Shown here one piece after another: positions 11,741-24,247 of a stretch of 64,000 nt of DNA. Location of the stretch: contig MU057416.1 of the NCBI GenBank assembly GCA_013265495.1, positions 1,358,545 to 1,422,544 on the forward strand, written 5' to 3'. The position numbers and the translations under genes are program-made. Source of the stretch: Vicugna vicugna (lineage: Eukaryota). The notes below the pieces were generated by a model. That model was given only the letters and a program-made list of their open reading frames with translations. It searched no databases and was not told the origin of the DNA. Position 1 is the first letter of the stretch; the number at the start of each line of letters is the position of its first letter.

Positions 11741-13524
11741 ATGACTAGCTCTGCTCTGCAGGGAGAATTACAGAGTAAAATCTTGAAATCAAGTTTGGAT
11801 CAACAAATATCCAACCAGTGTTTGTTCAGTGCCTAACGTACACACTGGGCGCTCACTTTCATGTTAAGCATGCAGACATCTAAACCAGCGACTTTCCTAA
11901 CCAAAAGCATATGTAAATCGGAATTTTCCTTCATAAAAGAACGAGAAAGAAGTATGATCCTAATTTATGTCCATGGTACATTTTCATAATGAAATTACAA
12001 GTCAATTGTCTAACAATGTTCCTACCTAAATAAGGTCTCATAATTAAATGAGATGACTCACTAACGCTGATGGACCTTTCTGAGCCTGCTCAAAAATTTA
12101 AAAGACAGAATTTAATGAGCATTTTGAGACAAGAAATATTCGTGTTTTTCTAACTCCATGCAATGACATTAGAAGCACTCTGCCTCTTAAGTGGTGAAAC
12201 TTTAATACCGTCAAGTATAGTTAGGTGTTAAAACACTGAACATCCCAAAACTTAGGGCACTAGTGAAATATTAGTCAATGCCTATGAGAAATGAGGCTGT
12301 CCCTTTACTCAGATGCCAGTGTTTAATGGTGAGCTGGGATGCATATAAGCTAGTCCAAGCGTGAAGGGCAGCGGGACACTCATATGAAAAGCCAACTTTG
12401 TTCCTCAGTTATCAAGATAAGAAACCTGTCATTTCTCTCATTCACTCTGTCAGCCTTGAGGTACTCCAAGCAGACTTACCTGTGTGTTGTGCACCCCATA
12501 CATCAGGAAGATGGAGAGGCCCTGTAGAATAAAGTGGAGGGGAAAAGCTGTTAACGCTAATCATTTCAGCAGTACAAACACCTGAAATAAACTTTCCTGG
12601 GAACAGACAAAAGAAGACACACTTCATCAAGGTCAATTTATTTTTCTATTTTTCTGTATTAGAAGCTGCACCTTGAGCATTTATAAGATAACATACCAGC
12701 ACATTACATATAGTGGTTGTGTTAACTGCATTCTTTAGAAATAAAAACTAAAAATACCACCCCGGGTACATAGGATATTAATTAGAAAAATCACTATGCC
12801 TGTCTCTGAAAGATGCCTGGGTCGTGAAAACACTGAACTCAGAAAGCTGTCATCAAAGGAACCACAGAAACAGCACTAAGCATCAGTATTTCTCAGCAAT
12901 GTTTTAGACCACAGCAACCAGAATGTATTTGTTACAGTCTTCAGTGGGGTAGGAAAAAGTTTTTAATATAAAAGTATACAGGAGCCAAAAGGATAAACTT
13001 AGGGTAGTGACTATGAATAGTTTTTAAACAGTATTTAAAATGCTGCTTCAAGTTAAGATAAAATTTCATGTTATCAGCTGTTGTGAAATTGTACACATTT
13101 TTATTGTATCTTATGTAAAAGTTCCAAAGACCTGCTACTTGTCTTAGCGTTAGAGAATACATAATTGTAGAATATAAATCAAATCTCTCTTAAATCTAAA
13201 ATCTCAAGTTTTTTAAGTAAATAAAACTGACATAGCTTGAACTTCTTAGAATAGGGAGCAAGAAATTTCTCGTGTGTTTTTGCCTTACAGAGGAAATAAA
13301 AATATTGTTAGGTACTAATAAACCAAATATGAAATGGAGGAATGGACCAAAATCTGAAAGGATTCACACAGTTAAGTAATGTGGCCTTGTCAAAGGGAAA
13401 ATACTACAGGAAAATTTAAATATTTTACCTCTGAATACTTACATCTTACAAATTACAGAAATGATCCTAGAACAAAGAGACCAAATAAAACAGAAATGAG
13501 TTTTGCTCTTGTTAATTTCTTTTT

Positions 13525-13655
13525 AAAATAGACTCTATTTTTAAAGAACACTTTTAGGTTTGGAGAAAAGTTGAGAAGATGGTCCCAAGAGTTTGCATAT
13601 ATCTGCGCCGAGTTTCCTCTAGTATCAACATTTTTCATTGGTATGGTGTTTTTTA
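13525..13655 (-). mobile_element. Old L1M 3' terminal fragment
   Basis: ttttaggtttggagaaaagttgagaagatgg..gagttt is typical of L1MB/MC ends. Confidence 0.55.
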
Positions 13656-15849
13656 CAATCAGTCTTACTAGTTTTCACTGCTATGATCTATGTAATTTCA
13701 GAAACTAAAACTTTGTAGTACATGTATTTGTATTAATAAGAAAGATTAATAAAGAATTTTGAACAATGAAAAATTTCCATTTGGGCCATAAACTTTTAAA
13801 AATTCAATGACGGAGTATTTTCTCTGTGTGTGTGTGTTTTTCCAAAGCTCAGTACCAACACTCAACTCCATCTCTCAAGCAGCCTTCTTCACGAGTGCAG
13901 AGTGGTTCAGGCTGCTTAGATCACACTCATTTGGTAGGCTATTTGCCTGCATTCTAGATCATTCAGGAAAAAAATACTTCTTTCTCTGATTTATGAAAAA
14001 CTATAAGAAAATCAACAACCCTTCTCCCCTTGGTAATTGCCAATTCTTTGTTTCATGATGTGCTGTATAGTTATAAAGAGTAGGTCATTCGAACTTGAAT
14101 TCTGTGAGAGGAAGTATTTCGCTTTGTGCGATGGATGAGTTCTTTCTTTTTTTAAGAATTTATCGCTAATATTTTATAATGTTTGCTGACTTGCCTTTCT
14201 GTCAATTTGTCCGTCCCTCTGTTACGCATCAGCCCGTCTTCCTTTTTGATGCATTGCAAATTAAGTTGCAGAAATCAGTGTGCTTTCCCTAAATTCAATA
14301 CTGTTTCTGGTTATCGTTGTTAACTCGGTACAATTTCCTGTACGTTAAACAACATGCACTGTGATTTCTATATATTAAGAAATTCAGCTGTTTGCATGAA
14401 ATCCATATGATGCTTTGAACATCAAATAGACCTTCTATAATGTGTATAATTATTCCTTTAATTTATCTATCTTGTAAATTCGATTTTCTCTAAGAGTACA
14501 AAAAAATAAGTCAGAAAGTCCCCATGTCTTGGTAAGGTGAGGAGACTGTGGAATACAACCCGATGTTTGTATTTATTGCACTTCTGTGTTGTTATACAGT
14601 TAAATTTGAATATAGTTAACCCTTTAATTAATGTAAAGTGATTGCCAACAAAAATCTCCCTTTTGAAAAAAGGACTTAGACTGAAAAGGGATTTTTAAAT
14701 AAAGGCAGCTTGAATCTCAAAAGTTTTTTCTCTTCTTTTTCTTCAACAGAAGCACTCTTAAGAGTGTGATGAGGAAGCCCCAGAATGAAGGCTTCCCACA
14801 CCCAGAAAAGTCTGAAACCACGTGCTCCAAGGCACTCTGCCTTCCTCTCTCTCGGGCTGCCTCCCTGATGCCGCCACAGCCCACTGACAGGTACACCTTC
14901 GGCAAGATAATTAATTAATTGAACTGTATGCTTCACGCACGACCTCTTTCCCCACTGATTTCACCAGCTGTTGAACGTCATGATGGTTTAGCTGTAACTG
15001 CAGAACTTCATAAACCCTCCCCTGCTGGACAAACACCCCATTTTCTCTGTTTTCCAATGAGAAGAATGAAGTCAGAAACAGCTAAACACAAAAATCTTAA
15101 GTCATAAGTATGCGCCACTTTTAAACCCCTGCAGAGAACACCTTTAAGGACAGCTGGAAGGAAACCAACTGCCAAACTCCAACTGGCTCTGAGCTCTCTG
15201 GACTCCCCACACCAGCGTTCCGTCCTGCCAGGGCACGGGCTGGACGTCTGCCGCCCCTCTGGAGCAAATGCCCCCTCACGTCGGTTAGGAAGTTTCTGCC
15301 ATTGTATCCACAGACAGACCCCTCCGTCATACACTTGGAGTACCTATCGAGGCACCAGTTTCTCAGTATTTTAGTCACAGCGGGAAGCACCCCGTGCGTA
15401 GCAGCTGGATTCCTGTCGCACGTGTGCGTTGTACAGGCAGGAGCCTCGAGGCGGGAAGGAACACCGGGAGGTGACATCTGATACTGTACAGGGAGTTAGA
15501 AATGGAAACTTAAGGGAAGAGGGCGGGAATCTCACTCTGTTACTTCATTCTCATTTATCTATGAAACATTAAAAACTGAGGCAGCTCCGTAAATATCGTC
15601 ACTGTTACAGAAGTCCACCGAGCCGTACCTGCCGATAGACTCGGGGGCTGACGTCTAGTCCTTAAGTTTTGTATTGATCTGTACTTTCAGAGTGCACTTC
15701 TCGACTGCTACAAAATAATCTTCTTTTAAGTGCTAAAATGTTCTTTCCTGGTGACACAAAGAACAGGAAAGGTGCCACCAGACACGGTACATTGCCTCCT
15801 CAGGAATCTGAATAAGATTAACAATGCTAATGGATGTCTAGCTGGCTCG

Positions 15850-16020
15850 GAGCACTTTTGTTTACATGGTTCCATTTGTTCCCCTGCAGTCCTGCGGTGG
15901 GCGGCGTGACTATTACTAGCTTTATTTTATAGATGGGGATTTTGAGGCTTGCTCCCGAGTGCCACAGGGCTGACAAGTTGGCAGAGCCCAGGACCCGTGT
16001 TCTGACCCCTCACTTCAGGC
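15850..16020 (-). mobile_element. MIR
   Basis: attttatagatggggattttgaggc..gttggcagagcccagg, MIR core in antisense. Confidence 0.6.
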
Positions 16021-16926
16021 CTTTTCACATACGTTGCCTTAAACAGACCCCTTCACAGCTCTTAAGTCACTGGCTTCAACAGAATGCAATTGGTCAGATC
16101 GCACAGAGCTGAGGCTGGTTGAAAGCACGTTGCGGTTTGGTTAGCTCAAGGATAGGGACTCAGTATCCCGTGATGCCCCTCTGCCGGCCTGAGCCGGCCT
16201 AGCAAGGAAGCCGGGCAGCCAGCCTCGCAGCCGTGCTTCTCAGCTGCTGTGTGCCACGCTCCAGCTTTGTACTTCCTAGCAAATTCTCACTCAGTAATGC
16301 AGACTTGCTCGTTGCCGGGAAACGTGTCTTTTCCCATCAGAAGGCTGCTAGGTAACCACCTAGTCGAATAGCCTTATCATTATGAGTATCTGCTGAACTT
16401 GGGGTGTATGACGCTACACTGTGTGCTTCTATTTATTTATAAATCATGCTCCAACCTACCTGCTAGAAACACTTCCCGTTTGGGGGACGAAATCCCATAG
16501 AAAGGAAGCATCAGGGGACGGTGGCATGTAGGGTCCAGGTTGCTCGTGTCAGCACTGCCTACGGGAGCCGGCAGGGACCTGGACACAGCCCGCATGCCCT
16601 CCGGCCCAGGAGCGGCTGAACGCACTGTGGTACCCTCACCCCCAGGATATCAGACAGCTGAAGGAATGGGTTAGAGCTGTGTTTATCAGCCTGCAGAGAC
16701 GTCCATGTGTGGTTCAATGGGAGAAGCAAGAAAAAAAGACGTGGGTTATGTATTCTCATTTTTGCAGAACGGGCAACAAAAACCTTCCCTTCCTCCTCCT
16801 GCAGCAGAACCGATTAAACAGGAGAAAAGGTGGAAAGATTCACACCAAACTGTCGTCACTGCGAAGGATGGGAGGGAGAGGAGGTAGGTCAGAGACAGGT
16901 GGGACAGAGGCCAACCGGCACGGAGA

Positions 16927-17060
16927 GGGCGGGACATAGCTCAGTATCAGAGTGTGCCCTTAGCAGGCATGAGGCTCTGGGTTCAATCCCCAGTCCCTCC
17001 ATTAGAAAATAAATAAATAAACCTAATTACCTCTCCCCTCCAAAAAATTAAAACCCACAA
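16927..17060 (+). mobile_element. tRNA-derived SINE (Vic-1-like)
   Basis: tagctcagt...gggttcaatccccagt...aaataaataaacctaattacc. Confidence 0.9.
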
Positions 17061-17211
17061 AAACAGGCATGACCTTATCAACAAATTCTGTGGAGCATAT
17101 TATTAGAAATATAGCAATATCGGCACATCGATAAGACCTAAACCTATGCTGGACAAAGGAAACATTGATTTGATTTGAGGATAAGATTGTGACGGCTTTT
17201 TCTTCCTACGA

Positions 17212-17416
17212 TTTTTTTCTAATTGAAGTCTAGTCAGTTTACAATGTTGTGTCAGTCTCTGGCGCACAGCATCACGTCCCAGTCATGCAAACACAGACAG
17301 ATACTCATTTTCACATTCTTTTTCATTGAAGGTTATTACAAGATACTGAATATAGTTCCCTGTGCTGGACAGGAGAAAATCTTGTCCTGTTTTTGTACAT
17401 AGTAGTTAATATTTGC
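17212..17416 (-). mobile_element. LINE-1 3'UTR fragment
   Basis: ttgaagtctagtcagtttacaatg...aatatagttccctgtgct, shared with other copies in the window. Confidence 0.85.
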
Positions 17417-17869
17417 TTATTCCTATTACTTTAACATAAAAATGAAAACAAATATGAACCCAAAAAGATGTTAATGGGGTTATTTTAAATGAGTGAGCTT
17501 ATATTTTTAAAATGAATGTATATTCATTGTGATTTGTGGACTAGAAGAAACATCGGTTTATACGACAGGACAAATAACTGCTTTTGCCGGGAGGAGGGTG
17601 GGCCGTGGGAGGGGAGCCAGCGTCTAGCAAGGACGGCCTCTTTTGTGTTATGCATTTGGTTTGATACTTTTCTGAAGATCTGATCCTTGAAGGGCCAGGA
17701 AGGGTGATCGGGGAGGCAGCTGGGAGAGACTGAAAAGCTCGGTGGGGTGAGAGCGCAGAGGTGTCCAGGGACCTGCCCGGAGCTCCGAGTGGCTGGAGCA
17801 GGTGGTCTCCAGGGGAGGGAGGGGAAGCTGGTGAGACCAGGGAGGGACAGGACCCGATCGGCAACGGCC

Positions 17870-18590
17870 ATGCGCATCGCGTCGAGGAGTTCAGCTAATC
17901 TCCAGGGAAAGTGGGCTCCTTAAAGAGTTCTAATCAGTAAAGTGATGTCATGAGTTTCTTGTTTCGTTGTTTTGTTTCTAATGAACTCTAGTAGCGGTCA
18001 GGGAGAAGGGCTGACACAGATTAGAGGCAGGGCAACCAGTTAGGACTGAGAGAGCCAGGACCAAGGAAGTGGTGGTGAGGACACCGAGGTGCTTGGGAGA
18101 TACCGTCAAATGCACGTGACGCTGACTGGGTGTGGGGGAGCAGGGGAGAGCTGAGTTACAGGTGATGCTCAGATTTCTGGCTTCAGTGATGGGGGAGCGG
18201 ATGGTACCATTTCCTAAGCTAGAGAGTTAAATGGGAAAAAAATGTACGTTTGTTGGGGGAAATAATGAATTTATTATTCTGTATGTGTTGAATGTGAGTG
18301 TGGTCTGGAGCGACTGGACACAGAAGTGTGAGCCTCAGGAAGGCTATCTGGCATAGAGACGGACTTGGGAGTCATCAGAGCACAGGCAGAAGCAGACCGT
18401 CCGCTGGGTGAACGTGCCGGCACGTCAGCAGCGGCAGCGGCCGTGGGCGCGTCCTGGGACGGGCCATCTCTGCTGAGAGAGGAGCCAAAAGGAAAGAACC
18501 CATGAAGGAGGAGTCAGAGAGGTTCAAAGAGGGTGTTTTCATGGAAGCCAAGGAGAGAGAGTTCCAAGGAGGAAGAAATGACTAGCAGCA
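17870..18590 (-). mobile_element. LINE-2 remnant
   Basis: gatgctcagatttctggctt..ggatggtaccatt..ttgggagtcatcag..ggaagccaagg, L2 antisense hallmarks. Confidence 0.65.
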
Positions 18591-18604
18591 AACACAGGTT
18601 AAAG

Positions 18605-18790
18605 GGCTCCAGTCCTTGTCCGCCACTGACTAGCTGTGTGAGGTTGGGCAGAGTGCTCCACGTCTCTATTCCTCACTTTCGCCATGTGTGAAAGGCGCAC
18701 AGTGTGTAGCTGCCTCACAGGACTGTTGTGGGGATGAAATGAGTTAAGAGTGCTTAGCACAGATCCTGGCACACGGGAGAGGTGATTGCT
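18605..18790 (+). mobile_element. MIR
   Basis: ccactgactagctgtgtgaggttgggca..gttgtggggatgaaatgagttaa..cctggcacac. Confidence 0.8.
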
Positions 18791-18959
18791 GGTGAGTGTT
18801 TGACCCGTTGTCACAGGAAGATCAAGTAAGACAACCTGAAACGCCTTTGAATTCGGGAGTGATTTGTCATTCCATTAGTATCTGAGTCCCTTCTGTATGT
18901 CAGGCAAGGAGGACAGAGTCATGAACGAATTTGCCCTCAATGGAACTGAAGCGCCGCCA

Positions 18960-19190
18960 AATAGCATGTGTTGAATGCGGACTGTGTGCGCCGTTCTCAT
19001 CACCTGACAAGCATTACCCCACTCGTTCCTCAGTCACCCTAGGATGCAGGTGCACAGTTACACCCATTTTGCAGATGGGAACAATGAGTAGCACAGGGGG
19101 CTGGGCACAGCTCCCGGGGCCGGGAGGTGGCAGAGGCAGGCTGTGCACTGAGCTGGCCTGGCTCTGGAGAACGCCTCCTGCACCTCTGCC
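18960..19190 (-). mobile_element. MIR
   Basis: cccattttgcagatgggaac..ggtggcagaggcagg. Confidence 0.65.
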
Positions 19191-19572
19191 TCATGCTTTC
19201 TCCAGGTGGCTGCGGGTGACCTCAGACATAGTGGCTGTGGAAGCAACGGGGCAGGGAGCGGGGGCAGGGGGTGGACCTTACCCAGACCGCGGCAAGATGA
19301 GCATTGAATGGAGAGCTTGTTAATCGAGAAAGATTGAAAGCATTTCCACGAGAAGCAAAGTAATGAGGTTCAGGCTTGTGGATTTGTTTTATCTGGATGG
19401 CAGAGTGAGAATAAACACCAAAGGATGGGCTAGTAAGAGTGATCTCTGGTCAAGTCTGTCTCAGATACCTGTTCCTTTGCAATGAGCTGAATGGCAGTTC
19501 AAGACCGAGGTGTCTAGTGAATGCCTGAAGGATGTATGTTTGGTGCTGTTTATTGAAGCAAGGTCAATACAC

Positions 19573-19672
19573 TTTATTTTTTCTTTTCTGTTAGAGGGGG
19601 TACCAGGGCTTGAACTCAGGACCTCATGCATGCTAAGCATGCTCTCTAGCACTGAGCTATACGCCCTGCCCC
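19573..19672 (-). mobile_element. tRNA-derived SINE (Vic-1-like, short tail)
   Basis: ttgaactcaggacctcatgcatgctaagc...actgagctatac. Confidence 0.85.
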
Positions 19673-19934
19673 AGTGATTTCAATATCAGATCCACATGTG
19701 ACAGAATCGCATTTTACTACAAAATTCAAAGAAGATGAAATGTATTCTCAACCAAATTTGAGATCACTAAAGGTTGCCAAGGAGAGATCAGAATGTTTTG
19801 GTAAATGTAAAAAAATCTGAAGAGCTGTCTGAACTTTTCTTGGTCTGGTTCTGAATTAGTAAATAGGTCCCAGGAATCTGCACTGTTAGCACACACCCCA
19901 GTCGTTCTGATGCACAATAAACTTTAAGAATTCA

Positions 19935-20070
19935 TTCCAGCTCCACAGTGCACTACATCTGTGACTTAGGGCAAATTACTCCATCTCTTTGTGTTTCAAT
20001 TACTTCATTGTAAATGGCGATAACAATGTACCTACCCTGGAGATTTGTTAAGGGAATCAAATGAGCTAAA
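19935..20070 (+). mobile_element. MIR, preceded by a MER5A-like fragment (~19850-19930)
   Basis: ctgtgacttagggcaaattact..tgtaaatggcgataacaatgtacctacc; upstream cccaggaatctgca..ttctgatgcac. Confidence 0.7.
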
Positions 20071-20134
20071 TTTTTAGCTCACATCTAGCTCAAAGTATGC
20101 ATTCTGTACATACTTGTTATGTAAAATAAACCAC

Positions 20135-20305
20135 TTTTTTTTAAGGCATAGCTGGTTTACAATATTGTATTCATTTCAGGCGTACAACATTGTGATTCAA
20201 AATGTTTATAGATTATACTCCATTGGTAGTTATAACCTATTGGCTGTATTCCTTGGACAACATATCCTTGCAGGTTATTTATTTTGTACATAGTAGGTGG
20301 TGTGT
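20135..20305 (-). mobile_element. LINE-1 3'UTR fragment (older)
   Basis: tttacaatattgtattcatttcaggcgtacaaca...tattttgtacatagtag. Confidence 0.75.
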
Positions 20306-20614
20306 TAAGGGATAATTAGCAAATATGAGAGTCTGTTTAACTTTAGAGAGGATGGAGTCCGCCTTGTTTGAAGACCAACTGAATTCTATCTTGTGATGAT
20401 TTTCAGATGTTACAACCAAAAGGCTGTAGGGAGTAAGCAAATTAGGAAGAATTTCAGGGCAGAATTTAAAGAATTTTGGCAACAAAAAATTTCTTCTGAA
20501 GCTTTTTTGAAGTTAAGATGACTGGCCAGAGATGGTAGAATATATGCCATATGTGCAGGTTACCATTTTACAGATCTGTGCTACAGGGTCTTCAGAATTT
20601 GTTTAAATACTGTA

Positions 20615-21110
20615 TAAGTCAGGACCCTCTTGGTCGCAAATAACAGAAACCCAGCTCAAGCCACATGAAACACATAAAAGGGGAGGAGGTTTATTGAATG
20701 GATGCTGGGGCAGCTATCAGAATTGAGTAAATAGTTGAATATTTAAATTTCAGGAATGCGAAGAATTCTCTGTCTGCCTGCCTCTCAGCTTCTCCCAGAT
20801 CATCCTCCTCTGGTGGAAGACGCTGTGCCCGACAGGTCCGGGCTCCGATTCCTACAGCTCCACACACAAGGGGCAAATGGCCTTTCTGCCTTAAACCATC
20901 AGAGAGGGTTCTGGCCTGTTTGTGTCACGTGTCCCTCGGTGGCCCAGTCCCAGTGGTCTAAGGGGCGGGCTGCTGTGATTGGCTTGTACTGGTTTACAGG
21001 CCTGTCCCTGTGGCCAGAAAAGCAAGACCGCAGAAGAAGAGGACCTCTTCCATTCAGACCCCTAGGCCGGAGCCAGGAGGGAGGGGGTCGGTCAGAAACA
21101 GTCACCGGCT
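20615..21110. mobile_element. MLT1-like (MaLR) LTR remnant
   Basis: tcttggtcgcaaataacagaaacccagctcaa start and gctgtgattggc resemble MLT1J/K/L-type LTRs. Confidence 0.5.
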
Positions 21111-22375
21111 GCCCCGCACAGGGTTTACTGCAGACACGGCCGCTCGCCCCAGGACTGACAGCTCAGTGGGAGGGCAGAATGCGCCTGCCTCTGTGCAGGA
21201 AGTGCAGGAGCACGGTGCGTGTGCACCGTGGAGTCAGGGCGTGCAAAGTCGAGTGTCCGAGGGTCCCTGGTGAAGTGGGAGTCTGAGTCCTGTAAGAGGA
21301 GGGACTGTCACAGTGACCCACGAGGGGTCTCGTGCCAAGAGACAAAGATTATGTGAAAAAACCTCCTTGGACGGAAAATCCTGATTAGAGTCTTTGTAGT
21401 TTTCCGTTAAGTCCAAAGTAGTTGTTTACTCTGGAAAAATGGCGGAGTCACTAAAGGAATTCTAAGAATTACATCACGGGGGAAGCTAATAATGTAAAGA
21501 TGCATATGAATAATTAGAAGGGGGGTGGGGGAGACAAGCAGAGAACCACATGAGGAAGACACCAGGAAATCCCAGCGTTTCCCGGAATGCAGACAAGTCT
21601 TGTCAGTGAGGACGGGCGAGCAAAAAGCCTGAACGTGTTCTTCAGAAAAAAAGCTCTAAAGCTTATTGACCAGACACAGGGAACCAAGGCAAAATCAGTG
21701 CCAAGGGAATGGGACTTTAAAACTTGAGGGAGAAACAGGGAAGGAAGGTTTGCAACAATGTGGATGGTGGGGGCATTGTGTGGACACAGAAGAGAGCTTC
21801 GCCAGACTGTTTTGCTGGAAAAGTACATGAGGGGATGGAGGGAAAGAAAGAAAGAGAGAGGACTGGTGTTCCAACAAAGCATATAACTCTTTGATGGAAC
21901 AGATGTTGCAAAACAACCCACATTATAATTACAAAAGCCAGTGAGAACACCTGGCTGTTCTCTTATGTGCATGCTCAGCTTTCTCTGTGATGCAGTTAGC
22001 AGCCCCAGTTACGGAGCTTCCTGACACTCTAGCCAATTCAGTCCTGTTAGCATTTTAATATGCCCTAATTCGGGACATTGATCTTGACCAGCAGAATGGA
22101 ATTTTACAGAAGGTGCTATTTGGTGTCTGGATTAACCGGAACATCAGCGACGTGAGATGGGACGTTCACAGACTTGTTTACACTTTTACTATAACTCCTG
22201 CCAAGTTTTCAAACAAGCAGCTTCAATGCATGTCTTCCCCTCCAGGGTCTGTGCTCCCTCAGGACACAGACTTCTTACTCGCTTTTGTAATCTCAGTGGC
22301 ACATAGCAGGTCCTCAAAAGTGACCATTAAATGACAGAAATAAAGGCTGTAAGAGTAAATGACTTACCCAATTTG

Positions 22376-23033
22376 GTTTTTTTTTTTAACATTCTTTATT
22401 GATTTACAATCATTTTACAATGTTGTGTCAAATTCCAGTGTAGAGCACAATTTTTCAGTTATACATGAACATACATATATTCATTGTCACTTTTTTTCTC
22501 TGTGAGCCACCACAAGATCTTGTGTACATTTCCCTGTGCTATACAGTACAATCTTGTTTATCTATTCTACAATTTTGAAATCCCGTCTATCCCACAATTT
22601 TGAAATCCCGTCTATCCCTTCCCACCCTCCGCCCCCTTGGCAACCACAAGTTTGTGTTCTATGCCTATGAGTCTGTTTCTGTTTTGTATTTATGCTTTGT
22701 TTTTTTGTTTTTGTTTTAGATTCCACATATGAGTGATCTCATATGGTATTTTTCTTTCTCTGTCTGGCTTACTTCACTTAGAATGACATTCTCCAGGAGC
22801 ATCCATGTTGCTGCAAATGGCGTTATGTTGTTGGTTTTTATGGCTGAGTAGTATTCCATTGTATAAAGATAACACAGCTTCTTTATCCAGTCACCTGTTG
22901 ATGGACATTTAGGCTGTCTCCATGTCTTGTCTATTGTAAATAGTGCTGCTATGAACATTGGGGTGCAGGTGTCATCCTGAAGTAGGGCTCCTTCTGGATA
23001 TAAGCCCAGGAGTGGGCTTCCTGGGTCGTATGG
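22376..23033 (-). mobile_element. Young 5'-truncated LINE-1 (ORF2 C-terminus, 3'UTR and polyA)
   Basis: Open ORF2 end PYDP..TCTPMFIAALFTI..QPKCPS..MEYYSAIK..LSEVSQ..SLICGI* (stop 22716-22718); perfect 16-bp TSD tgacttacccaatttg at 22360-22375 and 23034-23049. Confidence 0.95.
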
Positions 23034-23153
23034 TGACTTACCCAATTTGTATTGCTGGTTGGCAGTAAAGCGAAATCTGGGACCCAGACCCCCTTGTCTC
23101 CTAGACTCAGCACCATGCCTGTATCCTGACTCTTTTATAAAGAATTCCCTTAG

Positions 23154-23323
23154 CGGGGTAAGGTATAGCCTAGTGACAAAGCTTAGCATGCATAAGGTCC
23201 TGGGTTCAATCCCCAGTGCCTCCATTAAAAAATTAATAAATTTTTTTTAAAAAGCTAATCACCCCCCCCCAGAAAAAAACCCAAAAAGAGGCTAAGCATA
23301 AGGCTATCAGTAAAAAGAAAAGA
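23154..23323 (+). mobile_element. tRNA-derived SINE (Vic-1-like) with extended tail
   Basis: gcttagcatgcataaggtcctgggttcaatcccc; TSD aaaga(a/g)ttccctt at 23139-23151 and 23324-23336. Confidence 0.88.
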
Positions 23324-24098
23324 AAAGAGTTCCCTTGGGTCTCAGTCCCAATACCAGGTGAACTGCCTTTCTGTGCTGAACTTGCTTTTCATTGTAAGGA
23401 AACTGTGACTCAAAGTTAATTTGCTCTGGCTGCTGGATGCTCAGAATCAAATGTGCGGCCTGCCTTTGGCACCTTCTCCCTTTGTCCTAGTTTCTGAGTC
23501 TCTCTGTAAACCCTCTCAGGCCCTCTTTGGAAAAGGTGGGAAACATGTAGACGCGGCAGATATTTAAAGCTGAGCACGTTACTGTGGTTTAGAATGACTG
23601 CGTCTTGACCCCGTATTTATAACGACCTGTTTTCTCTTTTGTAGCTTTGATGTGAATTTCTCAAGCTATGTAGTTGTTTCTTGAAAATTAACATAAAATT
23701 CGAAACTCCTGTATTCCTCAAGGAAAGAATTACCTGTCAGGAAAAGCCTTCCCTGAGGAGAGGAGTGGTTAAGCCAACTGTGGTCTGTTGGTATATGATA
23801 GACTGATCTCAGTGCAGGTGTATTGATATGATGGAACGCTTTCAGGCACTAAAAATAATTTTAATGAAAAGGTTTTAATCATGTGAGAAACTACTCAAGA
23901 TACCTGAGTGAAGAAAAACAGGATAAAAATGCATTCTCTCAGCTATGGAAGAGAAAACGCATCTAAAGAGAAAGGGAGGGACTATGGCAGAGTATTAATA
24001 TGATTATTTTGAGCTGTAGGATCACAGGTAGTTTTTGCTTTCTGTGTACTACCATATACTTTCCCAAATTTCTGTTTTTCTTATCAGAAATATCTTTT

Positions 24099-24247
24099 TT
24101 CTTTTTTAAATTTTTCTTGGGGGAAGAGGCAGTTAGGTTTATTTATTTGTTCATGTATTCATTTACTTTAATGGAGGTACGAGGGGTTGAACCCAGGACC
24201 TTGTGTGTGCTAGGCAGGCCCTCTACCACTGAGCTATACCCTCCCCC
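24099..24247 (-). mobile_element. tRNA-derived SINE (Vic-1-like)
   Basis: Complete body; 15-bp TSD tcagaaatatctttt at 24084-24098 and 24250-24264. Confidence 0.92.

Noticed and set aside
10169..11836. 555-aa and 309-aa plus-strand ORFs antisense to ZNF281
   Set aside because: Shadow ORFs of a very GC-rich CDS and island; no recognisable domain.
20062..20081. Inverted repeat tgagctaaa-tt-tttagctca
   Set aside because: Short, at the edge of a MIR, and likely a local repair artefact; no supporting context.
22716..23225. 169-aa minus-strand ORF
   Set aside because: Chance fusion of antisense SINE, flank and L1 ORF2 C-terminus; not a gene.
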